Made by a program: the position numbers and the translations under genes
Source of the DNA: Heptranchias perlo
Taxonomy: Eukaryota
Direction: 5' to 3'
Length of the DNA: 64,000 nt
Assembly (NCBI RefSeq): GCF_035084215.1
Contig: NC_090336.1
Span: 33,542,001-33,606,000 of the forward strand
In this document: one piece after another, positions 50,024 through 62,238 of the stretch
How positions within the stretch are numbered: position 1 is the first letter of the stretch
Layout: each line of letters begins with the position of its first letter
The notes under the pieces: generated by a model
What the model saw: the letters and a program-made list of their open reading frames with translations, nothing else
Told to the model about the DNA's origin: nothing
The model's database searches: none

Positions 50024-51863
50024 TTATTCACCCTTGTGCATTCCCTTAGTGCCTGTTGTTCGTGTGCCTTTACCTGTCCTAGTGCTCCTAGGAGGCTTCT
50101 CCAGTGGCTGGAGAATGGGTGGTGGGAGGCCTTCAATGGAGGAGCGTGTAGATGGCCTTGGAGGACGACCTCGAGCAGATCTGGACTTGGAGGGCCCAGC
50201 TTCAGACGGCACCATCTCAGCATGGGCTGCAGCAGTCTGGCCTGGCTGACCGAGAGTCAACATCAGGGGCACTGGCGGAGTGGCAGGGTGGGAGCAGGAA
50301 GGCTGTCGTCCTGAGAAAGGACAGCAGGCCCGACTGCCATGGCACCACTGCCATGCTCCCGGGGCGGCGCCTCAGCACTCCTGGTGATCAGCTGGAGAAC
50401 GGATTGCTGGAGTGCTGTGACGCACTGGAAGCCCTATTCCACAGTGGTACCGAGAGCCATGATAGCAGCTGTCTGAGCTTCCAAGGCAGCAGTCCATGGA
50501 TGGCAGACGTTTGTGCTGTAATGGATGCTGTGACATCAGTCATTGGAGGCTGCATCATGGTGGGTTCCACAGGTGCGCTGATGGAGGTGACCACCCGTTC
50601 CATGTTGGAAAGGATGGGCTCCAGCTCTGCACAATGCCCTGTGCCAAGTTAGAGCTGGACTCCTCCTTGCCCCTTCTCATTGCGCGCAAGCTTTCCAGTG
50701 CTTCAAGCATTTGTTGGTGTACGCCCATCAGCCGTCTTCTGTAGCCTGACCCATCGAAGTCCTCATCTGACTCCTCTGAAGCAAAACTCGTGTGCAACCT
50801 TGCCCACTGGTGAGCTGGCACCTGTGGTATCCGTTCCCCCCGCCCCCGCTCCTGCGCACTTGTGCTGGGTGCCTCACCACGTGCAGATCCCTCCTCTAAC
50901 CTAACCTCTAAAGGACACACAGTGTCAGTCTCTGAGCTGGTGGAAGCAAGTCTCAGATCGAGTGGCGGTGTGGCTTCAGTGTCTTCCTCCTCCTCTTCCT
51001 CCTTGGAGGGTGCCGTCACTTGTTCTTGGGTATCTGCAATGACAAAGGGAAACAGGTTGAGTTGTGGAGTGGGGAGAGGAGCAAGTAAGAGGTGTGTGCT
51101 GGCAGCATCTGCAGCACGTAAGTCAGAAAAGATTATGGGAGGAGGGAGATGTGGGAAAGGAGAAGGAGCATTAGATATGCAGAGACCCCCTTCACCGGGA
51201 CCTCCAGCACGGCACATTGTGTTCAGCTGCAGCAACGGTCCACCCAATGATCCGGAGCACCATCTCCTCTAGGGGGTGAGGACGTGCAAACGTGCCCGTC
51301 CACCCTCAGGTCTCTCCTGCTGCTGGGTGTTATATGTCACCTTCTCCTGCAAGACAGAGGACAGTGTGTCAATGAGTCTCCTGCAAGGTGTGTGGGTGAT
51401 GTGCCTGTCATGGTCGAATAGCTGCCAGTTTGTGTGACTTGTGAGGCCTCCAAGTGTGGTACCATGTGCGGGTGAGATGCAGCATGCCAAGTGCAACATT
51501 ACATATGGATGGGCAGTGTTTGTTGGTGGGTAGATGGGTGACGGGAAGTGTTGTGCGTGGAGCAGTGGTGCAGTTGGTAGGATGTGCCACTTGATGCTTC
51601 TATTCACTCATCTTGACCACTCGTGTCAAATCATTGAACTTCTTCCAGCACTGTACCCTTGTGCATAGTGCAGTGCTCCTGGCGTTTACTTCCTGCGCCA
51701 CAGCCTGACAATGCCTGCCCAGCTGTAGTCTGGAGGGTCTCCGGCCACCCTGCAGGTACATGCTGGCCCTCCTTTCATCCATGCCTTCCACCAGGGCCTC
51801 AAGAGCATCATCGGAGAAGCGTGGAGCCCCCTCTCATGCCGGTGCAGCTATTCTCATGGCCAT
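50024..51863 (-). pseudogene. Harbinger Myb/SANT-like DNA-binding protein gene (about 3 exons), disrupted
   Basis: MAMRIAAPA*EGAPRFSDDALEALVEG..VAQEVNARS..QCWKKFNDL; first donor mutated to atgagt (about 51610); acceptors ttgcag at about 51348 and 51033; ends KGMHKGE*. Confidence 0.85.
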
Positions 51864-53324
51864 TTTCCCTCCTGCAGGTAAGCTGTGTACCTGCCATTTG
51901 AAATGTGCCTGCACCTTTAAGTAGTGCAGGCTGCTGATGACGTGCGCTGTGCACGCCCCATTTCCAACTTCCTCATTCTCCGTGCAGCCTCTCAGCAGCG
52001 AGGGTTGTGTTTGCTGCACGGAGATTTCCTGGTAAGTAGCAGGCAGCACGAAGTTCACGTGCTGTGTACGAAGGGCCCGTCGGGCACGAGGTGGTAGTGC
52101 ATCGTGCTACCATCGCCCAAAACGGACCCTCATCCAATTTGTTCCCCCGGCACATTCATCCCTGAAATCTCAGGCCTCTATGACAGCAGCCTATGCATTC
52201 ATGGGAGAATTCTTGACTGGTCTTAGAGTTTCTTGTATGGTTGGGGGTGGGGGGGGATTTCCAGTTCCCTGGAATTGCCACATACTCCATATGAAAACTC
52301 CCAATTGGAAAATTTAGGCTATTGATTCCTGTTTTACTTAACCTCTTTAATGGCTGCACTAGTTTACTGTACTTATAAAGTCATTAGAGGTCTATTTAAA
52401 TGGATAAAGTTCTCCTAAACTCTAATTAAATTCAGCACGCAAAATTTTTTTGGAATTGTTCCAGTCTAATTCTGGGTTGAAACGTGGGATGTCACGGGTG
52501 CAAAGGCGATTATTTGGTGTGTGCCTTTGAAGCGAATACTTATAATGAGGGCCCTTTTTGCATTGCCTCTATGGGACTGGAACATTGAAACCTGGAGAGA
52601 CTGATCATCATTGAATGCGTTAAATGTCATTCTAATTTGGCAGGAGTTAGTGTTTTGGTTAAATCCATACAATCCACCTGGGCAATCACTTTTAATACAT
52701 ACAAAGCCCATGCTTGCAAATACTTGGAGATGAATGTGTGCAATCATGTTACACAGATGTTTACCTGCATTTACACTCAAAGGAATCTTACGTAGGTCTC
52801 ATGTCGGTTTGTCACCAGTACTGGACAGTGAGCAGGATAGAGGTGAGTCAGGGGGTGGAGTTCTGGCAGTTTGCTTTGCTATTAATGAAAACCTTATTAA
52901 CCTATAGAATTCAAATGTCTGCATATCCAATCCTGATACCTGGAGAGAGCCAAACAAGGAAAATAGCATGTGTTGTAGTCATTATCAATATCACTCTGCA
53001 ATCATCAGGCAAGAGACATCTTTTGAATTTGGAAAAATGACATTTCCCTCTCCCCTTCCCTGTAAGTCAGAATGCATTGCAAAGCTCACTGAATAAGGAA
53101 GGAGGTTTCAGGGTGAATGCACTTTTCTGGGAAGCGAAAGGCCCATGCTCACATATTGTGATCTGAAGTTATTATCTAAAAATGTTGTGGAGTATATTAG
53201 AGTACAGTCTGTAGAAAGAATTGAACATACAGAGTATACATAAGGTTGCTATCTGTTCAGCTTTGAACCAGATAGTTGAATGAGTTGCCCAGAAATATCT
53301 ACAGAATAAACTGAACGGGAACAG

Positions 53325-53535
53325 AAAGAACTTACATTTATATCGCAGCTTTTATATCCACAAGTTGTCCTAAAATGCTTCACAAACAATGAATTACATT
53401 TGAAGTGTAGTCACTGTTGTATTGTAGGCGAACAATTTGCGCACAGGAAGGTCCCACAAACAGGAAATGAGATAAATGATCAGTTAATCTGTTTTGTTGG
53501 TGTTGGTTTAGAGATGACTGTTGGCCAGGACATGG
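53325..53535 (-). mobile_element. Deu-domain SINE, 3' half
   Basis: Collinear with 1983-2190 (tgaagtgtagtcactgtt..cacaaacag.aaatgagataa). Confidence 0.78.
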
Positions 53536-53536
53536 T

Positions 53537-53720
53537 GGGGCCTAGAAATTGGATCGCGCTGCGCCCATTTTATAGGTATACAACGAGCACCTAAGGGTCC
53601 AATATGGTGGGCGGCATGCACAGGCTCACTCTGTGATGGAAGTGCACTGCCTGCCATATTGGTAAAGGCTCCTCCATAGGTGTCCAGGGTATGTGCCTGA
53701 AAACAGGCGTTACGTCCAAT
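53537..53720 (+). mobile_element. Harbinger-like terminal remnant
   Basis: ggggcctagaaattgg..gcgcccatt..ccaatatgg/ccatattgg mirrors the layout of 48145-48270 (ccaagatgg/ccatcttgg). Confidence 0.55.
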
Positions 53721-54699
53721 GCACTATTGTAGTGCGTGTAATATAATAGTTTTTGGGTACAGCCAGATGGTCTGAGTGTTTTCTAGCCCTGTACATCCCT
53801 ATATTCATGTATCCCACATGCTGTCATTACACATCAACTTGTGCACTGTTATAACCTAGCAATCATGCATGACAGTAACACATTCCTCCTGCATCATTTT
53901 CAGTGGAAGAACAAAGTCCAACATGATTGACCTCCACTACCTCCAACTAACAAATAAATAGAATTCCTGGCCACAAATTAAACAAAATAAAGCAGCATTC
54001 AACCAAAACTGTCACTAGAAAGGTAATTGGCTCATCTGATATGTTGGGGCTTTGACAGATTATGCAGGGCCTTACTGTGCTGAGTCCGTGCAACTACAAT
54101 CAATCATTGATCATAAATCTACAAGGAATGAATAATCAGTCTCGCAATGTTTTCCGACACCATGTAAGAAAATCAGCAGCAGTTCCCAAAGGCATGAGCA
54201 CTTGAAAGATAAGAAATATGAGTGCTTGAGCACTTGTGGTGGGAAATCCTTCGATTTGGATTAGAAATAAGGACATATTTGAAAGTTTTTGAGATTCTGT
54301 TTTATAATTAGTTTCAAGGGTTACTTGCTGTAATGTCCAGTATAAATATTGCTGTTGCTTTTAAGAATATTCTGGGTTTGATACATCGCACCCAGCTGCT
54401 GCACAGGTAATCTACATAGTTTGCACAAATATGTAGCTGGAGGAAAACGGTAAACACCATTGGGACAGTGAAAAAGTAGAGAGTAAAAAATGCTAACTTC
54501 CACACCTTGCAAACTTTAAAGCTTACCCCTAGTACTTTATTTTTATTTCCTCCAGCAGTTAGCATTAATAGCAGTTGGGAAATCCAGTGCATATAAGTGC
54601 ACTGTAGTCAGTAGAGGAGAAGTCACAGGCTTGATAGTCTTTTGTCACCCTTTTATTCGAACCATAGAAGTTCACAGCATGGACCGAGGCCATTTGGCT

Positions 54700-55040
54700 C
54701 ATTGGGTCCACCATCATCTGTAAACACTGATGCAAAATATTTGTTTAATATCTCGGCCATACCATCATCCTCCACAACAAGAACCCTCTCTCCTCCCTCC
54801 CCCCGCCTCCCCACCCACACTGCTTCCTTTATCTTGAGTGGCCCTACTCTCTCTTTAACTATTCTTTTATTTTCAATATGTTTACAAAAGCCCTTACTAT
54901 TTCCTTTTAGATTATTTGCTCACCTTTTTCACATTCCTTTTTGGCCCTTGTAATCCCCCTTTTCACATCCCCACTGCACTTTTGCATTGTTAGCCCTAGT
55001 TTTACCAAGTGAATCCCTTTTATGTTTTGTATGTTCATAC
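54700..55040 (-). mobile_element. Old CR1 ORF2 internal fragment
   Basis: tctgtaaacactgatgcaaaatatttgtttaatatctcggccatacc is collinear with 24600-24840 and 10940-11100. Confidence 0.65.
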
Positions 55041-55959
55041 TTGTAAATATGGATCCAATCAATAATCCATTGCTTTCCAGTAGTTCATCAAATGGATTAG
55101 GATCAATAGTTCAAATGCAGTGCAGGTGCTTGTACAGTCTTTAGAGAATATTTACTTGATTTTATTTTCCTTTCATTTTATTTGAAGTGAACGTAACCCT
55201 TTTACAATGTGATTGCCCCATGTAGTCTAAACATTGTAAATATGTAAACATTATTTTAAAAAAAAATGATATCATTTGGGGATTTTTCCTTAATTTGTTT
55301 CAGTTGGTCTACAAGCTGCAGTTTTTAATTATTTTGGTGTGAGAGTGCTTAAGGTGGCAAATTTAACAATAGCCATGAATGAGATATAATTTGGGATGAT
55401 ACAGAGCCACTTTATTCCAGATTATTCTTACCCACAAATATAAAACATCCTTGGAGATCAAAGCACATTTATTAATGCTAAATGTCGCCCTTCCAGCTCC
55501 CATGCTAATGAATGATACACTTGGAATTAATTAATAATTTGACATAACAAAGGAATATTTTTCTCTTTTTTTTCACTTGACAAGATAGGATTTATCTTAA
55601 AAGGTTTTAGACATCAAAGCTGGCTGTGTTTGAATTGGCTACATAGAAGCTCGTTGCTACCTGTTTTGTCACTGTGTGTATATGAGCAGCCGCTTATGCT
55701 GATGGTTTGCTGAGAGCGAGAGGGGCAGAGTGTATGTGCTTGTATGGGAGTGTGGAATTGCTGCTGTAGGTGTGGTTTAATGAATCTTGCTCATTATTTG
55801 CCTGTGTCTCAGCACCTGGGGTTAGCTAGTAAGTTGAAGATTTTGGGTACTGCTGGATAATGCTTGGATTGTGGCAGATGTCCTTCAGGAGTCTGATCTC
55901 GGGATCATTCTTTCATGCTACAGGCCTTTGTGCTGAAAATCAGACAGTTGATGTAAAAC

Positions 55960-55997
55960 ATGAGTTCTAAGCATCTCTCTGACTGGATCCCTTACAG
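55960..55997 (+). CDS. Candidate short first coding exon of an unidentified host gene (MSSKHLSDWIPY.., phase 2)
   Basis: aacATG (A at -3), 12 open codons plus 2 nt, then CAG|GTACTT donor, inside repeat-free DNA. No downstream exon found and the peptide is not recognised. Confidence 0.3.
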
Positions 55998-56752
55998 GTA
56001 CTTAAATCTATGTGCATCTTCTTATCCGTCTTGTGTTCCTGTTCCCTGTAATAGAAAAGCACAGATGTCTGTTAATATTATACAACGATATTTGATCAAC
56101 TGCTTTTGCATTTAAAAGTATGTCTCGTGTCCTGCATTATAAGCCGTGCAAAAAACTGCTTGAGCTTGGTGTTGCTTTGTACTCTGTTATACAGTGATAT
56201 TTACCTGTTCTCTTTCAGCCTGCACTGTGCCAGCAAAATTAGCTAAAATTGCCTTTTGCAGGTTTAAGCAACAAAGATTTGCCCATTCAGGAATGCTTCT
56301 GATTTTTTTAAAGGTGCCATCATTATTAAAAACAGACAAATTTTATTTTGTTTGGGGGGGTGGGGGGGAGAGAAGCCTGAGGAGCCTTGTGTCATTGTCA
56401 TCGCAGTGATGTCATGAACAAGCGACTTTACAATGAATTTAGATATGATTTGTGTCTTTTTGGTCATGTGTTTTGCCAAAAAAAATTGTGCAGTTTAATT
56501 AGTTTACTCATTAGTTACAAATGTCAAAAGGCAGCTTTTTGCTCTGCTTCCTGCTGATACAGTTTAGTAAAAGCTTGGTTTTATCTTTTTGGATGCCTTG
56601 CATTTTCAAAACACAACTGCGGCTCATTAAGGACTGTACTTCAATAAAGTTTTGTTTCTTAGTGCACTATTCACGTAATCCTTTATGCTTGTGTTTCATT
56701 AAGACTAATAAGCTTTTTACAAACTCTAAGCCTATCACTTTTTAAAAAAAAT

Positions 56753-57470
56753 ATAAGAACATAAGAAATAGGAGCAGGAGTAGGACATATGGCCCCTCGA
56801 GCTTGCTGATCATGGCTGATCTTCGACCTCAACTCCACTTTCCTGTCCTATCCCCATATCCCTTGATTCCCTTAGTGTTCAAAAACCCATTGATCTCAAT
56901 CTTGAATATACTCATCGACTCAGCATTCACAGCCCTCTGGGGTAGAGAATTCCAAAGATTCACAACCCTCTGAGTGAAGAAATTTTTCCTTATCTCTGTC
57001 CTAAATGGCTGACCTCTTACCTTGAGATTATGACTCCTAGTTCTAGACTCTCCAGCCAGGGGAAACAGCCTCTCAGCATCTACCCTGTCAAGCCTTCTAA
57101 GAATTTTATACGTTTCAACGAGATCACCTCTCATTCTTCTAAACTCCAGAGAGTATAGGGCCATTTTACTCAATCTCTCCTCATAGGACAACCCTCTCAT
57201 CCCAGGAATCAATCTAGTGAACCTTCGTTGCACCGCCTCTAAGGCAAATATATCCTCGCTTAGATAAGGAGACCAAAACTGTACACAGTACGCCAGGTGT
57301 GGTCTCACCAGTGCCCTATATAATTGCAGCAAGACCTCTTTACTCTTATACTCCAACCCCCTTGCAATAAAGGTTAACATACCATTTGCCTTCCTAATTA
57401 CTTGCTGTACCTGCATGTTAACTTTCTGTGATTTGCGTACAAGAACACCCAAGTCCCTCTGAACACCAAT
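56753..57470 (-). mobile_element. CR1 LINE 3' fragment
   Basis: ORF 56829-57452 (RPHLAYCVQFW..WNSLPQRAV); (ttcttatg)n tail. Confidence 0.95.
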
Positions 57471-57574
57471 TTTACACTCCTAGAGGTACTGATAGTTTCA
57501 ATCTTTACATCTCTAGGGCAGGGAGGGTGTATGTAAGTTGCATTGCTCTGCAGTATTATTCTACGAGGGGAAGC

Positions 57575-57771
57575 CGATGCCTTTAAGGGGAAGCTTTGAT
57601 GCCCTTAAGGGGGAGCTAGATAAGTACATGAGGTAGAAAAGAATAGAAGGATGTGCAGATAGGGTTAGATGAAGTAGAGTGGGAGGAGGCTCATGTGGAG
57701 CATAAACACCAGCACAGACCAGTTGGGCTGAATGGCCTGTTTCTGTGCTGTAAGTTCTATCTAATTCTATG
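57575..57771 (+). mobile_element. CR1 3' tail fragment with a duplicated gatgcc.ttaagggg.agct
   Basis: Similar to 900-1028 and to the reverse complement of 34395-34595. Confidence 0.75.
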
Positions 57772-58078
57772 CAATAATTTTCTAAGAATAGGAAACCATT
57801 CCTGCTGATTGTATGTATTGGGTGTGGAATCTTTGCCCTGCGGTGTTACTGAGAGGGATCTAGTTCTAGTACTAGATTTCATCAAAAGAAGTCCAGGAGG
57901 AGGCATTTAATTTTTTGTCTTCTCTTCCGCACCCCATACATTGTACAACAAATCATGATGTGTGACTGTGTAAGTTAGCATTGCAGCTGAACTGCTGCCA
58001 TGGAGAAAAGCTAATTGCCATGGCAGCACTGCAGCTGCTGTCATTGGTTCTTGGTTGCCATAAGCTGCCTTGTCTCTA

Positions 58079-58226
58079 TGCTTATTCTCAATGCTTATTC
58101 TCAATGCTTATTCTCAATGCGTATGCATCATATGTACAGAGAACCTAACATTTCAAGGCAGTTCCTGCGTGTGTGAGTCTGTCTGTCTGTCTGTGTGTGT
58201 GTGTTTATATGTGCGTGCGTGTGTGT
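58079..58226 (+). repeat. Short tandem repeats: (tgcttattctcaa)x3 and a (GT)/(GTCT) microsatellite
   Basis: Directly visible at 58079-58120 and 58168-58226. Confidence 0.85.
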
Positions 58227-59349
58227 AATTGTTGATGGCATTGATTTATAATGATTTGGGAGTCAGACTCTTGAATGTTACTGTTTCCTGTGCAAACATA
58301 CAATACACTGCTCTTCAAAAGGCTTTGAACTAAGTGAGCTATTTAGGTCTGCGTAAATTAAACCGATAATCTATCTTTTGGCTTGTGGTATCTGAAGTAT
58401 CATTCAGATTAAAGGATTTATGTTGTTTATCTCCCCCCTCAGCATCTCTGTAACTTGATTTAGACCATTTCCTTTAATAGTGAATGATTAATTAATGGCC
58501 TATCCGTGTACATTTGGTGTGGGGATTTCATTCATTGCTACTAAAATAGACTTTGAAACAATATTATTTCGAAGAGGTACTGAACAAAAATCGTGCTGTT
58601 TCATTGCATGACCCTTAATGTGCAGGATACTAGTCAGTGTACATTCTGCATCCTGTGAGTTAGCCAATTAAATCTGCTTGACCCCTTCAGTACTGAATTT
58701 CTTTTGCCGTATATAGAATATATGTGTTCAACCAAATATCATTTCTCAAATTTTTGTCACTAAATTCTTATGCAGAATATCATAACATAAATTTAAAGCA
58801 ATGCAAAGAATTACAGAATATTTTGAATTTGCAATATAAATTCATTTGGAATCTGCAGGACTGCCCAATGGTGACATTGAAGGGAGATTCCCTTGGTTTA
58901 CTAAAATGGTACATTTTACAAATTAGAGTTCCTGACCCAGAGCTTCGTGCAACAGGAGTATACATCAGGAACTTGAACGCAGCAATTAGCAGGTCTTGCT
59001 TTTCTCTCCATTTCATTCATCTAATTCCCATTATACGTTCCCATCATGAGAAGCTTTGTGCCAGGATCCTACTTTGTAAAATCTACCCCATGTGCAACAA
59101 AATTGTAACCCTGTTCTTTTCAAATGGATTTACAAGTTTGTTACACTTGGTGCACAGAGGATAGCTTCCCCCATTCTCATTAGTGGGATAAACATTATAT
59201 ACTGGATCATGGGCTTTACATAGGAATTTCCATTGATCAGTGATGGTAGTTTACCTGGAACTGGTAACGAGAAAAGTTGTAAAACCAGTCCAGGAGATCG
59301 CATGGACCACGTGTTACCTGTAAAGACACTTACCTTCTATATGATGTGA

Positions 59350-60070
59350 TCTCTGCCCTAGTCAAGAACCGCTCCCAGCTCCCACTTGAAGGTAGGCAGA
59401 GAGTCAGTACACACCACAGCAGCCGGCAATGCATTCCAGAGGCTCACTACTCTCTGGGAAGAGAAGAGCTGCCTAACATCCAGTCTATTCCTACTCTTGC
59501 GTAGTTTAACCTCATGTCCCTTGGTCCTCACCAATCTGTCAAACTGGAATAATCTACCAACAGCCATGATATCCAGCCCTTTACCTATTTTATAAACTTC
59601 TATCAGGTCCAGTTCCTAAGTAAATAGACCCAGCTCCTTAAGCCTGTGTGAGTAGTTAAGGTTCTTCTCGTAGCTCTTCCTTGAACCTTTTCCAAGGCTA
59701 CCATATCACCCACGTGTGAGTGGACCAAAACTGGGCGCAGTACTCCAGATGCAATCTAACCAGCGACCTGTATAATGACAGAATGGTGTCCTTTGATTTG
59801 TGATGAATGGTTCTATTAATACAACCCAATACCCTGTTAGCTTTAGCTACAGCTTGTCTATATTGGTCATGAACCTACAGTGATCTGTGCACAATATCAC
59901 CAAGATCCTTTTCTCTCTCAACCTCTTTTAGTATTGTTCCCTGTGTTGGCCCTACCAACATGCATGATATTACATTTATCGAAGTAAAATGCCATTAGCA
60001 AATGTATAGCCCATTCTCCTGGTGTATCTAAGTCACGTTGCATTTGATTGCACTCATCTACTGTCTTCAC
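59350..60070 (-). mobile_element. Old, divergent CR1-type LINE fragment
   Basis: RTKGHEVKLRKSRNRLDVRQLFSSQRVVSLWNALP; upstream decayed HLEYCAQFW. Confidence 0.8.
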
Positions 60071-60362
60071 TGGATGGAACTTCAATCGCCTGAGGTTGAT
60101 CTATAGGGCTCGATTTTAAACGGGCGGTGGGATGGCGGGGGGGTTCAATGGGCACGCGGCAAATGCGAAGAATAAAAACTTACCATTTCTCATGCGATCG
60201 CGACTTAATTGGTGGCCATTAATCTTGTTTCTGGGTTTGTCGTCTGCAAGCTACGCAGTGGGCGGACTGTGCATCCACATGACAGGCTGTCAGCTGGAGC
60301 ATCTAGATTTAAAGGGCCATTGCTCCAATGGATTTAGCTGGAGCAAAGAGCAAGAAGACCCA

Positions 60363-62238
60363 ATGGAGCAGCACAGGGGCAAGGCTGCTTGAAGATTCAA
60401 CGATGCCTCACTTCAGATGCGGCCGGAGTGAGGAGGAGGAGGGAACTATTTTACAGGGCTGACAGGAGGAAGCGCCCTGCCTCTGCCACCAAGAAAGCCT
60501 GGCTTGAGGTGGCAGATGAGGTCACCAGCAGCAGCAACATCTCCCACACCTGGGTCCAGTGCAGGAAGCGTTTCAATGACCTAACTGGATCAGCAAAAGT
60601 GAGTACACTTACTGATTCTCCTGCATTCCGTGTTGCACATCACCCCCAACTCATTCTGCACTGCCAAAGTTACTCCATCGCATCACTCCTCACACCCACT
60701 TAAGGCTCATTCTCAACTTACCTTCACTTCCTGAGCACTTCCTCACCTCCCCATTTGTGACCCCACCCCTACCACTCACTGCAATCCTGATCCAATGTGA
60801 TGTCTCTGTCTGATACTCACCCTCTGATGCACCTCTCCCACGATCAGCCTCACCCAAAGCAATGCATTCATTGGCTGGCTACTTCACCATCACTCACTCA
60901 CATGTCTGTACTTTCTCCCCTTCTAGGAGAAGAGAGCACAAAATGCACGCGAGCAGGCGAGGACTGGAGGGGGGCCACAACAAATAGTGTCCTCACAGAG
61001 GGGGAGGAGGAGGCCCTGGAGATCAGCCGCACCCTCGAGTGCCTGTCGGTCGAGAACGCTGAGACTGGCACCCCACAAACATCTGGTGACACAACTTTAA
61101 CATTCATCACACACAACATGAATTAATGTTAACAATGATTGGCATGTTGAACACCTCAATATGCTCATCGCAACATGACACATCTGTGATGATGCTTAAT
61201 ATTGCCTTCTGTTCTCTTACGGGCCCTTCAACGACCGCAGTGACGGGAAGAGAGTGATTCCGTAGAGGAGCTCTCGGCCTCTGAGGGTGCACCGTCACAT
61301 CTTAGTGAGCCGTCCACTAACGCAGATACTCACACCTCGGTGGGTCCTAGTAGTGAGTTAGTTGGGTTGGCACCTGGTGGGTCACCACACACAAGTGAAC
61401 ATGAGCAGACACTGATGTCAGGGACAGCTGTGGAGAGTCCGTGTCGGTGGCCGCACTCCTCTCCAGGCTCTGCTCAGCTGGATGCAGATGCTGAACCCCA
61501 GGGGCCATCCTTTAAAAGGAGAATGATCGAGGGACAGCAGCACATTTGCGAGGTACTGAAGCAGGTGCCACGCACACTCTCTATAATAGCGCAGAGGATG
61601 GAGGAGTCCAACTCCTGCACTAGTGGACTGGTGGCGCAGGAAAGTGAGGGAATCCCTGATGTAGTGTCACAGGGACGTGAGGAACTGTCTGAGAGAGTGT
61701 CGCACGTAACTGCAGAAATGTCTGAGATAGTGTTGCAGGTAAGTGCAGGAATGTCTGCGATGGAGAGAAGGCTAGCCTCCATTGAGCTTCAAACACGGCT
61801 CACGAATGAGTCCATTCAGGCCCTGACAACGGCGCTGCGGACTCTAGGTGAAAAACATTCTGCCGCCTTAAACAGGCAGATAGAAACTTTACAACTGGGC
61901 TTCCAAGGCATCACACATGTCCTCCAAACTGTTTTCCAGCAGGATGGTAGGAGTGATGTGGGCCTAGTCCAGGAGAGGGATGATGGCGAAAGGGGACATG
62001 GAAATTGGGGACGCCACTCAAAGTGCTCCCATGTCTCACCCGTTGCCTCCCTTTCAACCAGGTGCAGGTTGAGCAGTCTTTGTAGGGGCCCTCACAGGCT
62101 CCAAAACCCAGAGGACATAGGCCAAAAGCATCTAAGCAGTCTGGCCATGGACATGAGAAACCTGCCACTACCTCTGCTGCAGCTACAGGGGATGCATCAC
62201 GTAGAAGTAGTAGGAAGAGAAAGGCTAAGGTTTTGTGA
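60363..62238 (+). pseudogene. Harbinger Myb/SANT-like gene (3 exons: 60363-60598, 60927-61085, about 61223-62238), disrupted
   Basis: MEQHRGKAA*RFNDASLQ..KKAWLEVADEV..WVQCRKRFNDL|gtgagt; acceptor ttctag|GAGAAG at 60927; third acceptor mutated (acgg); coiled-coil region in exon 3. Confidence 0.87.

Larger units (their letters stand above)
48145..52148 (+). mobile_element. PIF/Harbinger DNA transposon 1 (apparently full length, about 4.0 kb, defective)
   Basis: Imperfect termini ggggctaaattgg / ccaatttgttcccc enclosing a transposase (+) and a convergent Myb/SANT-like gene (-). Confidence 0.9.

Noticed and set aside
58724-59164. 146-aa ORF
   Set aside because: No recognisable protein features; overlaps a MITE-like remnant ending aaaatctacccc.
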